From Mytilus edulis (Eukaryota), in the NCBI RefSeq assembly GCF_963676685.1, contig NC_092352.1, positions 31,248,001 to 31,312,000 of the forward strand: DNA of 64,000 nucleotides, given 5' to 3'. Below are positions 51,055 through 62,030 of the stretch, piece by piece. Positions within the stretch are counted from its first letter, which is position 1, and every line of letters begins with the position of its first letter. Position numbers and translations under genes: made by a program. Below the pieces are notes generated by a model. That model did no database searches. It saw only the letters and a program-made list of their open reading frames with translations, and was not told the origin of the DNA.

Positions 51055-53407
51055 CACGGTCGACACTCGGCTAACCGAGAGATTGGTCGGTTAATCTATA
51101 TTGAGTATGCGGCTATATGGGCGATTGGTCTGTTAATCGGGTTGGCTATACGTCTGTTAAGAGTAAAACGCACAATTTAATGTTAAACTCTATCAAATAT
51201 ACAGATTTTTGGCATATTATAAGAATCAAATCAAAAAAAGAAAAGTGTCTGACAAAAGGATATCTATCATAGAACATTTTCCACCTTTAAAAACATTTCA
51301 TAGTCTGCGCAGTTTTCGGCAAAAGTAAAAGGCGTCGCGCAAGTATGTAGTATTTATGATTACACGCATAGCAATTTTTTTTAATAAAAGGCGAAACAAA
51401 CAATTTTAGATATCATTTAAAAGACACAAAATACTACTTTGGTTCTTAAATATAATTGACATTAGTAAATATTTCATAATTGTAATATAACGTGAGTAAT
51501 ACCACGTTTTAGTGAAAATTATGGCAATAAAGTCTGTTAATGGGTTGGACAATTGAAATTGTGTCAGTTAAGAGTTATTTAGCCACGAAAATAGTTTTGC
51601 TACCTTTATGAAAAAGTTAAGAATGGGATGTTCTTGAGTAAAAGCATTTTTATTTTGACTTTCTTTGCATTTTATTGAAGAGTGTGTCACTTCAATATAG
51701 CGTGATCTGGGTTGTTCGCTGGAATATGCATGAATTTATTATTAACGATTTCAATCGGCCTTAATTTTTGTGTCTGCTCAAAGTAGCATGTTCTCAAATT
51801 CGACTGAACGTGTTATTCTAATACAACACAGGGTACAGTATAACGTGTTGTCGTTCTCATATGCACATGATATTTGTCACTGGACGTTTAACCCTAATTC
51901 GTCAGCATCATCCATTTAGTTCTTTTCTTCTATTACTTGATCATCTGTTGTTTACAAATAATTATAAAAAAAGTAAATGGAAAGGAGCGAATGCAGCTAC
52001 ATTTGGTTGTATTAAGTTTTAATTCATTTTATTCCGTTTAGTTCCTTTTCTACATATGTGCAGAGGAGAACTGCAGTTGTCCACATGTAAACTTCAAGCA
52101 TTTGTCACCAATATGAGTACATCGCAATCCGTTACTGTTTCAACACCCAGGGGGTTTCATGTCTTCAACAATTATTTTTTCTCTCTCTCTTTTTTAGCAA
52201 TGCATCACATGGATTCGAGCGTCACTGATGAGTCTTTTGAAGACGAAACGCGCGTCTGGCGTATATACTAAATTTAGTCCTGGTATCTATGATGAGTTTA
52301 TTCTCTACTTATCTTTTATTTATATTCTGTATCTCCATCCAGATTCTCGTGTATACCATGAGGGTCCGGATTGGGGGTGTTGATTATTTCTGTATTCTTT
52401 AAATTGTTATGTTACTTTTCTCTACATTTTATTTATCTTACTCATTATTTTTTCTCTATTCTTTATGTTTAGGCATTCCAATATATTTTACTTACTGATG
52501 TTTAGTTACATTACGACTTTAATACTGGTTACCAATGTAGATGACAAATTTGTGTCATTCATGACAATTAAACAGAATCCACATGATATATGCGACCATT
52601 CTCGGATAAAATCAAATTTACTTTAATTTAACACTTTTTTGAAACCATTTTTATCAATTTTCAATATCCATTGCCTAAATTGTTAATTATTGTTCATGTG
52701 TTTTGTTTCCGTATATTTTATATTCCATTGCTCATGTTTTGTTTCCGTATATATTTTATGTTCCATTGCTCAAGTGTTGTTTCCGTATATTTTAGCCGCT
52801 CGTCTTGAGCCTACCAAATTAACACACCATAAAGTAATAAAATTATACTTTTATTGTCATTCATAACTCTTAACAGACCAATTAACAGACCGGGTTTTAT
52901 ACATCCGACCCATTAACAGACCAGGTTTTAAATAAAGATTGATTTATGTCACCAAAATACAGATTTACGTGTAGATTTTTCACACAATGATATCAATTTG
53001 GTTAACACACATAATGCCTGTCTTTTTTCGATGTTTAAAATATTGCATGCAAGTAAATTCAACCAAAGTGTCATTTTGTGTACATTTTGTGTGTGTAAAA
53101 TGTGTATAAATTTATTGATGAGTAACTTGCCTTTTTATTTTATAGATCGTACATAGAAGCTAGAAAAATAATAATTACACCACTGAATTCAGTACATTGA
53201 ATAGTTTTGTTAGACATAAATATTTTTTATGATAAAAATATATTTAAAAGGTAATACAATAAAACATGCTGAGTTTTCAATGATTTTCTCGATAACACCT
53301 GATTAACAGACTTTAGCCAACCCGATTAACAGACCAACCGCCGATATAGCCGCATACTCAATATAGATTAACCGACCAATCCCTCGGTTAGCCGAGTGTC
53401 GGCCGTG
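51055..53407. mobile_element. Non-autonomous DNA transposon with CAC...GTG termini and a 5-bp TSD (Transib-like; Chapaev/CMC not excluded)
   Basis: About 95-bp TIRs (CACGGYCGACACTCGGCTAACCGAG...); TTAAT at 51050..51054 and 53408..53412; internal TTAACAGAC repeats. Confidence 0.85.
52219..52262 (+). ncRNA. Solo type I hammerhead ribozyme (retrozyme fragment, about 52212..52300)
   Basis: GCGTCA-CTGATGA-GTCTT ttg AAGAC-GAAAC gcgc GTC^TGGCGT; intact core with a different stem II loop. Confidence 0.85.
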
Positions 53408-53546
53408 TTAATACAACATGATAAATAATTTTATAACAACACGATATTAAGATGACTTTTCTTTGTTTACAAAACTGGGGAAAAGACAACGCGTACGACA
53501 ATTCATACTTCAACAAATTTAAATGCAAAAGATAAAATGAATATTT

Positions 53547-54881
53547 TCAGTTTGAAATAAAGTTTTCCTTTGCAAGATTGATCCAAGGATACATGAACAT
53601 GAGATACACACAGAAATTAAGAAAAAGAAATAAAAATAAGTAGAAAATGTCCATAGTCGATCCAACGGTTTTCCACTTTATTCGTGGAACTTTCTTCTCC
53701 TTTTCAATATCATCTTCCCCATCATCGTCTCTCCTGCGTTTGACTTTCACTTCCTTGACAAATGCCGATGCTGCTTGAAGTTTGAATCGTTTATTTAGAA
53801 TTCCATATCCCGACGGTGGTTTCCAGTCGCCGAGTGTTTTACCTCGACATGGGAAACACCACAACAATGAAACAAAACATGACAAGCATCCAGATACTTT
53901 AGACTTGCCATGTCGATGATAGATATGTAACGTAGACGATATATACGATAGAAGCATGATGTTCGTCAAAAACTGCCAATCAAGAAAATAAACTACAACC
54001 GGGATAGGAGATGTAGTTTTAGGTATTTCATCCGTGACAAGGTTTAAAACTATGGCAACAACAAGTGTTCCCGTAACGATATATCTTACTCTTGCTTGAT
54101 CGTATGGAATCATGAATGCAAGAATACTCATCACACCCGTTAGAAGGACCGGAACAATAAAATACATAGCAAAGAACGCCCCTCGACGCTGGATCTTTAT
54201 AGTATATTCCACTTTTGAGTACAATCCTAGAACATATGATGAAGAGGTTGACATAATATTCCAAGAAGGGTTTATAGCATACTGAGTGAGATCTATCGTG
54301 GCGTTCTCGACAGACGGATAAAGTGTGATCATTTCGCTTGTTATTTGCCAAGGTAAAAAGGATATAACACATTCGTGTGTATCAAAAGGATAGTATGTAG
54401 CATCCACTGAACAATATACTTCGAAATCAAAGTTAGTTTTATAGTAAATACTCCCGTCAGGTTTCAATACCACAGGCGTTGACGTATGACCAACACGAAC
54501 TAGGTCCTCCACCGAATTTGTCATGATAATGATAGGCATATAAACATCATCTTGTGATAAAGTGATATTTATAAGTGTTATTCCAGCATCTGTCAGAGGT
54601 TCTAGTATTAATTCATCCGTCCATTCCATTTCAATGAATCCCATTAATTCCAACACTGCAGCCTCTTCGTAGTATTCCTTGATTGCTGTTAAACCGAGGT
54701 TTATTGTAACCTGTAGTGGATCGTCCTGGATTAGTTTGGGACGTACTGCTGTATCATACTTTGTTTTAACTGCTGGTGGCTGGATAATGTCATCCAAAAA
54801 AGTCCCCACGTTCGTTGCAGTGTTTCCATAAATAACTGGTAAAATTCCAAATGCTATAAAGAAGATAAACTTATATTCCAT
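53547..54881 (-). CDS. Divergent nAChR-like non-alpha subunit (gene 8), single-exon CDS
   Basis: CSVDATYYPFDTHEC; four TMs; M1-M2 PYDQARVRY. Confidence 0.92.
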   Translation of the reverse strand: MEYKFIFFIAFGILPVIYGNTATNVGTFLDDIIQPPAVKTKYDTAVRPKLIQDDPLQVTINLGLTAIKEYYEEAAVLELMGFIEMEWTDELILEPLTDAGITLINITLSQDDVYMPIIIMTNSVEDLVRVGHTSTPVVLKPDGSIYYKTNFDFEVYCSVDATYYPFDTHECVISFLPWQITSEMITLYPSVENATIDLTQYAINPSWNIMSTSSSYVLGLYSKVEYTIKIQRRGAFFAMYFIVPVLLTGVMSILAFMIPYDQARVRYIVTGTLVVAIVLNLVTDEIPKTTSPIPVVVYFLDWQFLTNIMLLSYISSTLHIYHRHGKSKVSGCLSCFVSLLWCFPCRGKTLGDWKPPSGYGILNKRFKLQAASAFVKEVKVKRRRDDDGEDDIEKEKKVPRIKWKTVGSTMDIFYLFLFLFLNFCVYLMFMYPWINLAKENFISN

Positions 54882-55208
54882 TTTGAAATCTGCCTGAGAA
54901 GTGGAATTGAGTTCCTACTTGTAAATTTGTTCTGTTTTGATATTAAAACGACATTTAAAAACAAATACAATTTAAAAAATAGTAATGGCATGATCGCCTT
55001 AGAAAATCACAGTTCCATGTTAATAATTATCTAAACAACAAGTTTGCTCAAACACAATAACTTTCAATAGAATAGTATACAAAGTTAATTTACTAAATAA
55101 AATAAAACAATAAAGACATACCAAAGTCAGAAAATATGGTAACTTTATGATGTTCAATTAAATTGGATAGTTTTAATTCTTATTTTAACGTTTTAAACTT
55201 AATAGGAA

Positions 55209-56591
55209 ATGAAGTCTTCATTTGTTTTTACTGTGATTCTAGCAATGACCAAGTTTTCATTATTCAAGACACAGACGGAGTATCATGATAAATTCAGAAC
55301 CTACTTATCAGACGTGATTGAGAAAGAATCTGTACATGATGCAAGGATACGCCCGATGACAGATCAAGCAAACGCCGTAGATATTTCTGTGGAATTTCAG
55401 ATCATATCCATTAGTAAGCTTGATACCTTCTCCGGTTCCATGGATTTCGCTGGTAGATTAAAAATGAAATGGACAAGCGAAGAAGAAATAGTGCGTCCTG
55501 ATGAACAGAGAAACTGGTTGGACTTTGATGCAAGACTTGTGGAACAAGATAGTATCTGGACACCTGACATCACTGTTTATAACTCAATGGGCGAGCGGAA
55601 GCGACTTGGCGATTCGTCATTTCGTATTCAAATAGACATGGACGGTAGATGTGAATGGCTATTGGGAGTCGTTGATTCCACTTCTTGTACGTTTGATGTC
55701 ACTTTATTTCCGTTCGACAAACCAATCTGTAACATCGTGTTCACTACATGGAAATACAAAGCTGCCGAAGTTCTATTATCTGCTCTCAATGATAGTGTCG
55801 ATATGTCATTATACAATGAAAATAGTGAATGGACGATAGTTAATACTACCTCAAATCTAACAATTCAAAACGAGGTTTCATATCTAAACTATACGATTTA
55901 CTTTAAACGTGAAGCTGGGTTTGTTTTAGTGAATATGATTCTTCCCGTAATAGTAGTTTCCTTGCTAAATGCATTAGTATTTTTAGTTCCTGCAGAATCA
56001 GGAGAACGGTTAACTTATGCCGTTTTATTGTTTTTATGGTTTGCTGTTTATCTTGATATCATTTCCACAAACTTGCCTATATCGTCTGATAATATGTCCA
56101 ATTTATCTCTATTCGTCATTTCGATGGTTGGGTTAAGTATTTTAACGATATTTTTAGATGTTATTAGTGTAATGTTGTACAATCGCGATGACAAAAAACA
56201 AGTGCCTTGGTGTATTGAAGGTTTTGTTCGATGTTTACGCTGTCGGTGTGGTGGTAGTAATCGTAATCGAATTATTCCTTTCGAAGACGTTGAATCATTT
56301 GATCAGAACGGTGACACACAGATGCTAAACGGAAAAGCGCCGACGACTGTAGCGCTTGGCACGAAAAGTAATAACAAAGTAGAATTAAGACTGAGAGACT
56401 TTGAAATGCCGAGGGATGATTTAAAAAGAAAAGAAAACATTGAAAATGAACCTAGGAAGAGAAAATCAGATGAAGTTGATTGGAAAGTCGTATCTGTTAC
56501 ATTTGATTATATATGTTTTATATTAACCCTGCTTTGTACTTTAGGACTTTGTGGTTACTTTCTTGTTCCTTTAGTAACTGCAAATTCATAG
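55209..56591 (+). CDS. nAChR-like non-alpha subunit (gene 9)
   Basis: WTPDITVYN; CTFDVTLFPFDKPIC; PAESGERLTY; four TMs. Confidence 0.94.
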   Translation: MKSSFVFTVILAMTKFSLFKTQTEYHDKFRTYLSDVIEKESVHDARIRPMTDQANAVDISVEFQIISISKLDTFSGSMDFAGRLKMKWTSEEEIVRPDEQRNWLDFDARLVEQDSIWTPDITVYNSMGERKRLGDSSFRIQIDMDGRCEWLLGVVDSTSCTFDVTLFPFDKPICNIVFTTWKYKAAEVLLSALNDSVDMSLYNENSEWTIVNTTSNLTIQNEVSYLNYTIYFKREAGFVLVNMILPVIVVSLLNALVFLVPAESGERLTYAVLLFLWFAVYLDIISTNLPISSDNMSNLSLFVISMVGLSILTIFLDVISVMLYNRDDKKQVPWCIEGFVRCLRCRCGGSNRNRIIPFEDVESFDQNGDTQMLNGKAPTTVALGTKSNNKVELRLRDFEMPRDDLKRKENIENEPRKRKSDEVDWKVVSVTFDYICFILTLLCTLGLCGYFLVPLVTANS

Positions 56592-56752
56592 AAAATAACT
56601 ACAACTAGATGTAGTCAATCATTTGCAATTTGAAGGAACAGGGAAATGGGAAATGAAGAATGTAAAACGTGTGTTGTTTTCTTTGTATGTTTGTAATAAA
56701 GACATTATTGAGGTTTTCTCCAACAACATGATTGTTTCTGTTGATACATACT

Positions 56753-56848
56753 TTTCAATATCACACACCGTGTCAATTCCAAACTTTCAATATCACACAC
56801 CGTGTCAATTCCAAACTTTCAATATCACACACCGTGTCAATTCCAAAC
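56753..56848. repeat. 32-bp tandem repeat x3 downstream of gene 9
   Basis: Unit TTTCAATATCACACACCGTGTCAATTCCAAAC. Confidence 0.9.
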
Positions 56849-57119
56849 CATTTTGATACCTCGAGCAGAGCTTTTGGGATAATATTGGTGTCTCAGTTTC
56901 AACCAAAAAACCATAAAGCTATAAATATATAGAATGCATAAAAAAAAACGTAATAATGTTTTCTCATCAAAATTTTAGCTTTTGTAAATCGACACTTATT
57001 GAACAAAGATTAAAAAAAACCAAATCGCATACACTACGTTTAGTTGCTTGCGGATACATTAAAGGCATAATATATTGTGACTATCGTGTTCGACTATTAA
57101 CCCATGATATCCTTATCAT

Positions 57120-58975
57120 ATTGATCTTTGGAAGCCTTTGCAATAGAACCATTGGTATTCTTTATACTAGGATCTTTGGAACCTTTGTATTAAAACCTTT
57201 GGTATCCCTTTTATATTAAAACCTTTGGTATCCCTTTTATATAAAGATCTTTGGTAATCCTTTATATAAAGATCTTTGGTAATCCTTTATATAAAGATCT
57301 TTGGTAATCCTTTATATAAAGATCTTTGGTTATCCTTTATATAAAGATCTTTGGTAATCCTTTATATAAAGATCTTTGGTAATCCTTTATATAAAGATCT
57401 TTGTTATCCCTTTATATAAAGATCTTCTGTATATAATAAAGGCAACAGTAGTATACCGCTGTTCAAACTCATAAATCCATGGACAAAAAACAAAATCGGG
57501 GTAACAAACTAAAACTGACGGAAACGCATAAATATAAGAGGAGAACAACGACACAACACTACAATATAACTAACACACACAGAAACGGACCAAGCATCAG
57601 ACAAAATCCCACGAGAATAACAAATATAACATCAAAACCAAATACATGAATTTAGGATAGACAAGTACCGTGACACGTCTTATCGCAATGTCAATTTACA
57701 CTCAAAAATAAGAGAAAATAAACGACGCAACGTTAAATTGTAACACACACAGAAACGAACTATAATATAACAATTGCCATATTCCTGACTTGGTACAGGA
57801 CATTTTTAAAGGAAAAAATGGTGTGTTGAACGTGGTTTTGTGGCATGCCAAACCTCGCACTTTAATGGCAATGTTAAATATAACATAGAAAAGACAACAT
57901 AATATTACAGGACTACTTTACATTTGGACATTTGGTATCCTGTCTTAGGCTTTCGGTATTGTTCCTTTTAAGACATTTGGTAGCCTTTTTTTAAGGACCT
58001 TTGATATTATTTGTATTAAGATCTTCGGTATCCTTAACATTAAGAACTTTAATATCCCTTGTATTAGGTGAAGAATTTGGTATTCATTGTATTAGGTACT
58101 TTTAATATGTGGTATCCTTTGTATTAGGATCTTTGTTGTGTTTATTATTAGGACCTTTGACTCGTCCTATGCCATTCAGTAGCCTTTGTGATAGGACACT
58201 TGGTATCCGTTGCAGTATGACCTTTAAAAACCGTTGTATTAGGATCTTTGTTATGTTTATTATTAGGACCTTTGACTCGTCCTATGACATTCATTAGCCT
58301 TTGTGATAAGACATTTGGTATCCGTTGCAGTATGACCTTTTAACAACCGTTGTATTAGGACCTTTGTTATGGTATTCTTTGTATTAAGACCTTCGGTATC
58401 CTTTGTATAAGTACCTTTTGTAATATTTGCATTATGACCTTTGGAAGCGATTTATTAGGACCTTTGGTATCCTTATTACAATAAACTTTAGTAGTCATTG
58501 TAGTAGGACAATTGTTATCCTTTGTATTATGACCGCTTGTATTCTTTTGAATAGGACCTTTGGTATCCTTTGTAGTAGGAACTTTTGTATCCTTCGTATG
58601 TGGTCGCCTTTGCAATGGGATCTTTGGTAGCCTTTGTATTATGATCTTTGGTATCATTTGTATTTGGACCGTTTGTATCCTTTACACTAAGACCTTTGGC
58701 TTCCTTTTATGTTAGGATTTTTGGTATCCCTTTATCTTACGACCTTTGATATCCTTTGTATTATAATCTTTGGTATATTTACTTTTAAGACCTTTGTTAT
58801 CCTTTAAATAGGGACCTATGGGGTGTCTTTGTATTATAAGCTTTTGATATCCTTTGTATTAGGATCTTTGGTATCCTTTATATACTAATCTTCAGTATCC
58901 TTTGTATTAGGAAATTCCCTAGCATATGTATAAGGACATTTGGTATCCTTTCTTTTAAGACTTTCGGTATTCGTT
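57120..58975. repeat. Degenerate 24/25-bp minisatellite interrupted by a dispersed repeat (about 57436..57917)
   Basis: Consensus GGACCTTTGGTATCCTTTGTATTA; homogeneous 25-bp block at 57246..57425. Confidence 0.85.
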
Positions 58976-59716
58976 GAACTAGTAGCAGGAACGGTGTTTG
59001 ATTATATACTAGTTCAGCGAAATGGACGCCTCACTAATTTCCGAAACATCCAAATAAATCAAAATAAAAAAGAAAACCACAAAACCAACAAAAGCTAGAG
59101 GTTTATTGCTTGTGACAGACGGTGGATTTAAAAAAAAAGTTTTGTGAGATCACAAGCCTCCGCTTTACCTGCAGTTTATGTGGAATGTAAATTCATAGAA
59201 ATACGCATAGTTAAACTCCGTCTAAAAAATGTATTTGTATTATTGTTAGGGGTACTTTTTGTTCATTCTGATTTACTACTGAAAAAAAACAACCAAAACT
59301 TTAAACCAAATTGAATGTTTAATTAGGTATCATAATTGTCATTGGTAACTACCTATCTTTCAAATTGCTTTTTCTAGGGGAAAGGGTTACAGGTAGAAGT
59401 GAATACAATTTGATTGACCCTTTAAGCAGCCAAATCCTAAACGCATTTCAGGTGAACCCATACTTTATCTTTCTAAATTTGAGTTGTTATTTTAGAATAA
59501 TTCTTACATGTCAAGGTAACCTGACCCTAAAAATAAATAAAGATACAAGTCATAGGATTTGAATGAAAGTGTTTTCACTCTGATAATTATAAATTGACTT
59601 GGAACTTAATACCGTCATTGTACTTGCCACGTTATAACTTTAAAAATTAAAAACAAAAGTTTTAAATTTTGGTAGAAACTGTTAACACGTTACGTTGCAC
59701 TTTAAGATTTATAAAA

Positions 59717-61000
59717 ATGGTTGCAAAATTAATTGTTTTCCTCCTAATCTTCACATATTTTGGATTAGCGGGATCAAAAGACTTGAATGAACTGAAGGAC
59801 CTGTTATACTTGTCACATTACGGCCCTGACAATCCGTACGACTCGAGGATATTTCCATGCCACTTTGAGTACTGTCTTGTTGGAGTAGAACTAAGTTTTC
59901 AACCGAAGTCGATAACAGGATTTGTTATGGAGACGGGAATTCTGTCGCTGACTGGTAAAATATCTTTATCATGGGTTGATGAAAACATCGGAGAATGGAT
60001 GATTGGTTCCGAGCACAGCAGCATTACCGAAATGATTTTACCGGAAGATTATCTATGGCTTCCTACAATAACTGTTTACAATACGGTTAAAGAATTCAAA
60101 ATGATAAGCGATCCAAGCCATAAAGTGCGAATTTTGCCTATATCCGGAACAGGAACTCAGTCCCCCATTGAATGGGTGACAACTCTTATAACAGATATAC
60201 CATGCGTCATAAATGTTAAATATTATCCATTTGATGAACAGACATGCGAAATTGTTTTCACGCCATGGGGTTATAACGTTTCAGAGGTATATCTTTACAC
60301 AGCAGACGACGTGTTGAATACAGCCCAATACGAAGTAAACGAAGAATGGACTATGGAAGCTGGGGCTGCATCTAACTATTCTGTTGATGGAATTTCTTAC
60401 CTTAAATATGAGTTTAAACTTAAGAGGAAATATTTGTGGTTCTTTATAAATATGGTAGCACCGATCATTTTACTAAGTATGTTGACAGCTTTTGTAAACA
60501 TGATTCCTGTTGATTGTGGCGAACGACTAACTTTTCTTCTGACCATATTTCTAGGACTTGCGTTTTATATGGACATGGTTCAAAGAACAATACCGAGAAC
60601 ATCAAACCCAATGCCTTTTATTTCATTCTATCTAACAGGTATGGTTTACCTCAATTCGTTTGCTATCATAATCAACATCTTTCTGATGAGGATTTACAAC
60701 AAAGACCCCGATTCAACTGTTCCAGTGGCGGTTAGATGTTTCATCGCAACGCTCACTTGGCGATGGTGCTGTCCCAAAAAAGTCAAACCGGATCCGGATG
60801 CTGTCCAGCCAATCGAAACTGACAAGGAACACACCATTCCAGTAGAAACAATCACTCTAGCACCTATGGAGAGAATAGACTGGCGAACAACAGGAATAGC
60901 ATTAGACATTCTTTTCTTCTACGTATTTACTTTTATGCATGTGCTTTGTTCCATTCTGTTTCTAGTGCCACTTTCACAAGGGGCAATTTACAATATTTAG
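59717..61000 (+). CDS. nAChR-like non-alpha subunit (gene 10), single-exon CDS
   Basis: First ATG at 59717 (MVAKLIVFLL signal peptide; the ORF track used an upstream TTG); CVINVKYYPFDEQTC; PVDCGERLTF; four TMs. Confidence 0.93.
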   Translation: MVAKLIVFLLIFTYFGLAGSKDLNELKDLLYLSHYGPDNPYDSRIFPCHFEYCLVGVELSFQPKSITGFVMETGILSLTGKISLSWVDENIGEWMIGSEHSSITEMILPEDYLWLPTITVYNTVKEFKMISDPSHKVRILPISGTGTQSPIEWVTTLITDIPCVINVKYYPFDEQTCEIVFTPWGYNVSEVYLYTADDVLNTAQYEVNEEWTMEAGAASNYSVDGISYLKYEFKLKRKYLWFFINMVAPIILLSMLTAFVNMIPVDCGERLTFLLTIFLGLAFYMDMVQRTIPRTSNPMPFISFYLTGMVYLNSFAIIINIFLMRIYNKDPDSTVPVAVRCFIATLTWRWCCPKKVKPDPDAVQPIETDKEHTIPVETITLAPMERIDWRTTGIALDILFFYVFTFMHVLCSILFLVPLSQGAIYNI

Positions 61001-61684
61001 TGGATACTGTTTAAAATCTTTTAAGTTAAAACTACATCAAAATAAATCGAAGTATGGGGTAGGTAATGCTACTGGACTGTATATCAAGAAATAAAAGTAT
61101 TTACATCTTTCTTTTTTCCTTTATTTTTATGATTTAAACATTATCTTTCGACAAGGATGCTATTTATTTTTTCAGGGGAAGAGTACTAGTTTTTCATGTT
61201 TTTTTCTCATTTTCTTAATACAATTTTATTTCGATCAAAGGTATTGTTGCTGTCGACCTTATTTAACTATAATAATGATGGAAGTTTTAGTATCCAGCTA
61301 TTTTAAAAGGTGAATGAAGCAATATTTGACATTTTGAAGTTATCAGTAGGTAAATTTCGTCATTAGGCCAACACATGCCCCATTGGAACAAATACAACAG
61401 CTATCGTGATGATAATTTTACTTTTAACAATCCAGAATTCTCTAACATTACTGTTGATATGTATCAAGAAGAATACTTTAAATAATATGATATTTACAGC
61501 AATACATCCCATTTTATTTCCTTAAAATTAAGAAAAGAGACATTTTCATTCCCTATTGTGAATTTTCCTTTAGCCTGTTCGTACGGTGTGTATTTTTCGA
61601 ACTCGTTCGCATTGCCCGTTTCTGTAGTAACGTTTTAGATTTTAATGTTTTGGAACCTTATTGCTAGGGGACATTTAACATTTA

Positions 61685-62030
61685 AATAAAGGCAACATTA
61701 GTATACCGCTGTTCGAAATTCATAAATCGATTGAGAAAAAAAAACCTAAATCCGGGTTACAAACTAAAACTGAGGGAAACATATCAAATATAAGAGGAAA
61801 ACAACTAAACAACAGAAACACTAAAGTGCAACAAAAACCACACGACAATGCAACACACACATAAACGAACTATAAGATAACAATTGCTATTTCCTGACTT
61901 GGAACAGGACATTTTAAGAAAAAAATGTGGTTGAACCTGGTTTTGTGGCTAGCCAAACCTCTTGATTTTATGGCAATGTTAAAAAAATAACACTAAAATG
62001 ACAACATTACATGACAGAACTACATTACAT
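61685..62030 (+). repeat. Unclassified dispersed repeat family (representative copy)
   Basis: AATAAAGGCAACAGTAGTATACCGCTGTTC...; other copies near 3450-3580(-), 4260-4475(-), 10500-10716(-), 13115-13260(+), 26846-27030(+), 57436-57917(+) and 62440-62540(-). Confidence 0.75.

Noticed and set aside
725-60909. Short ORFs antisense to or overlapping the receptor genes
   Set aside because: Shadow frames of real CDSs with no recognisable motifs.
588-61000. Assigning CHRNA/CHRNB gene symbols
   Set aside because: Lineage-specific paralogues; orthology cannot be judged by eye.
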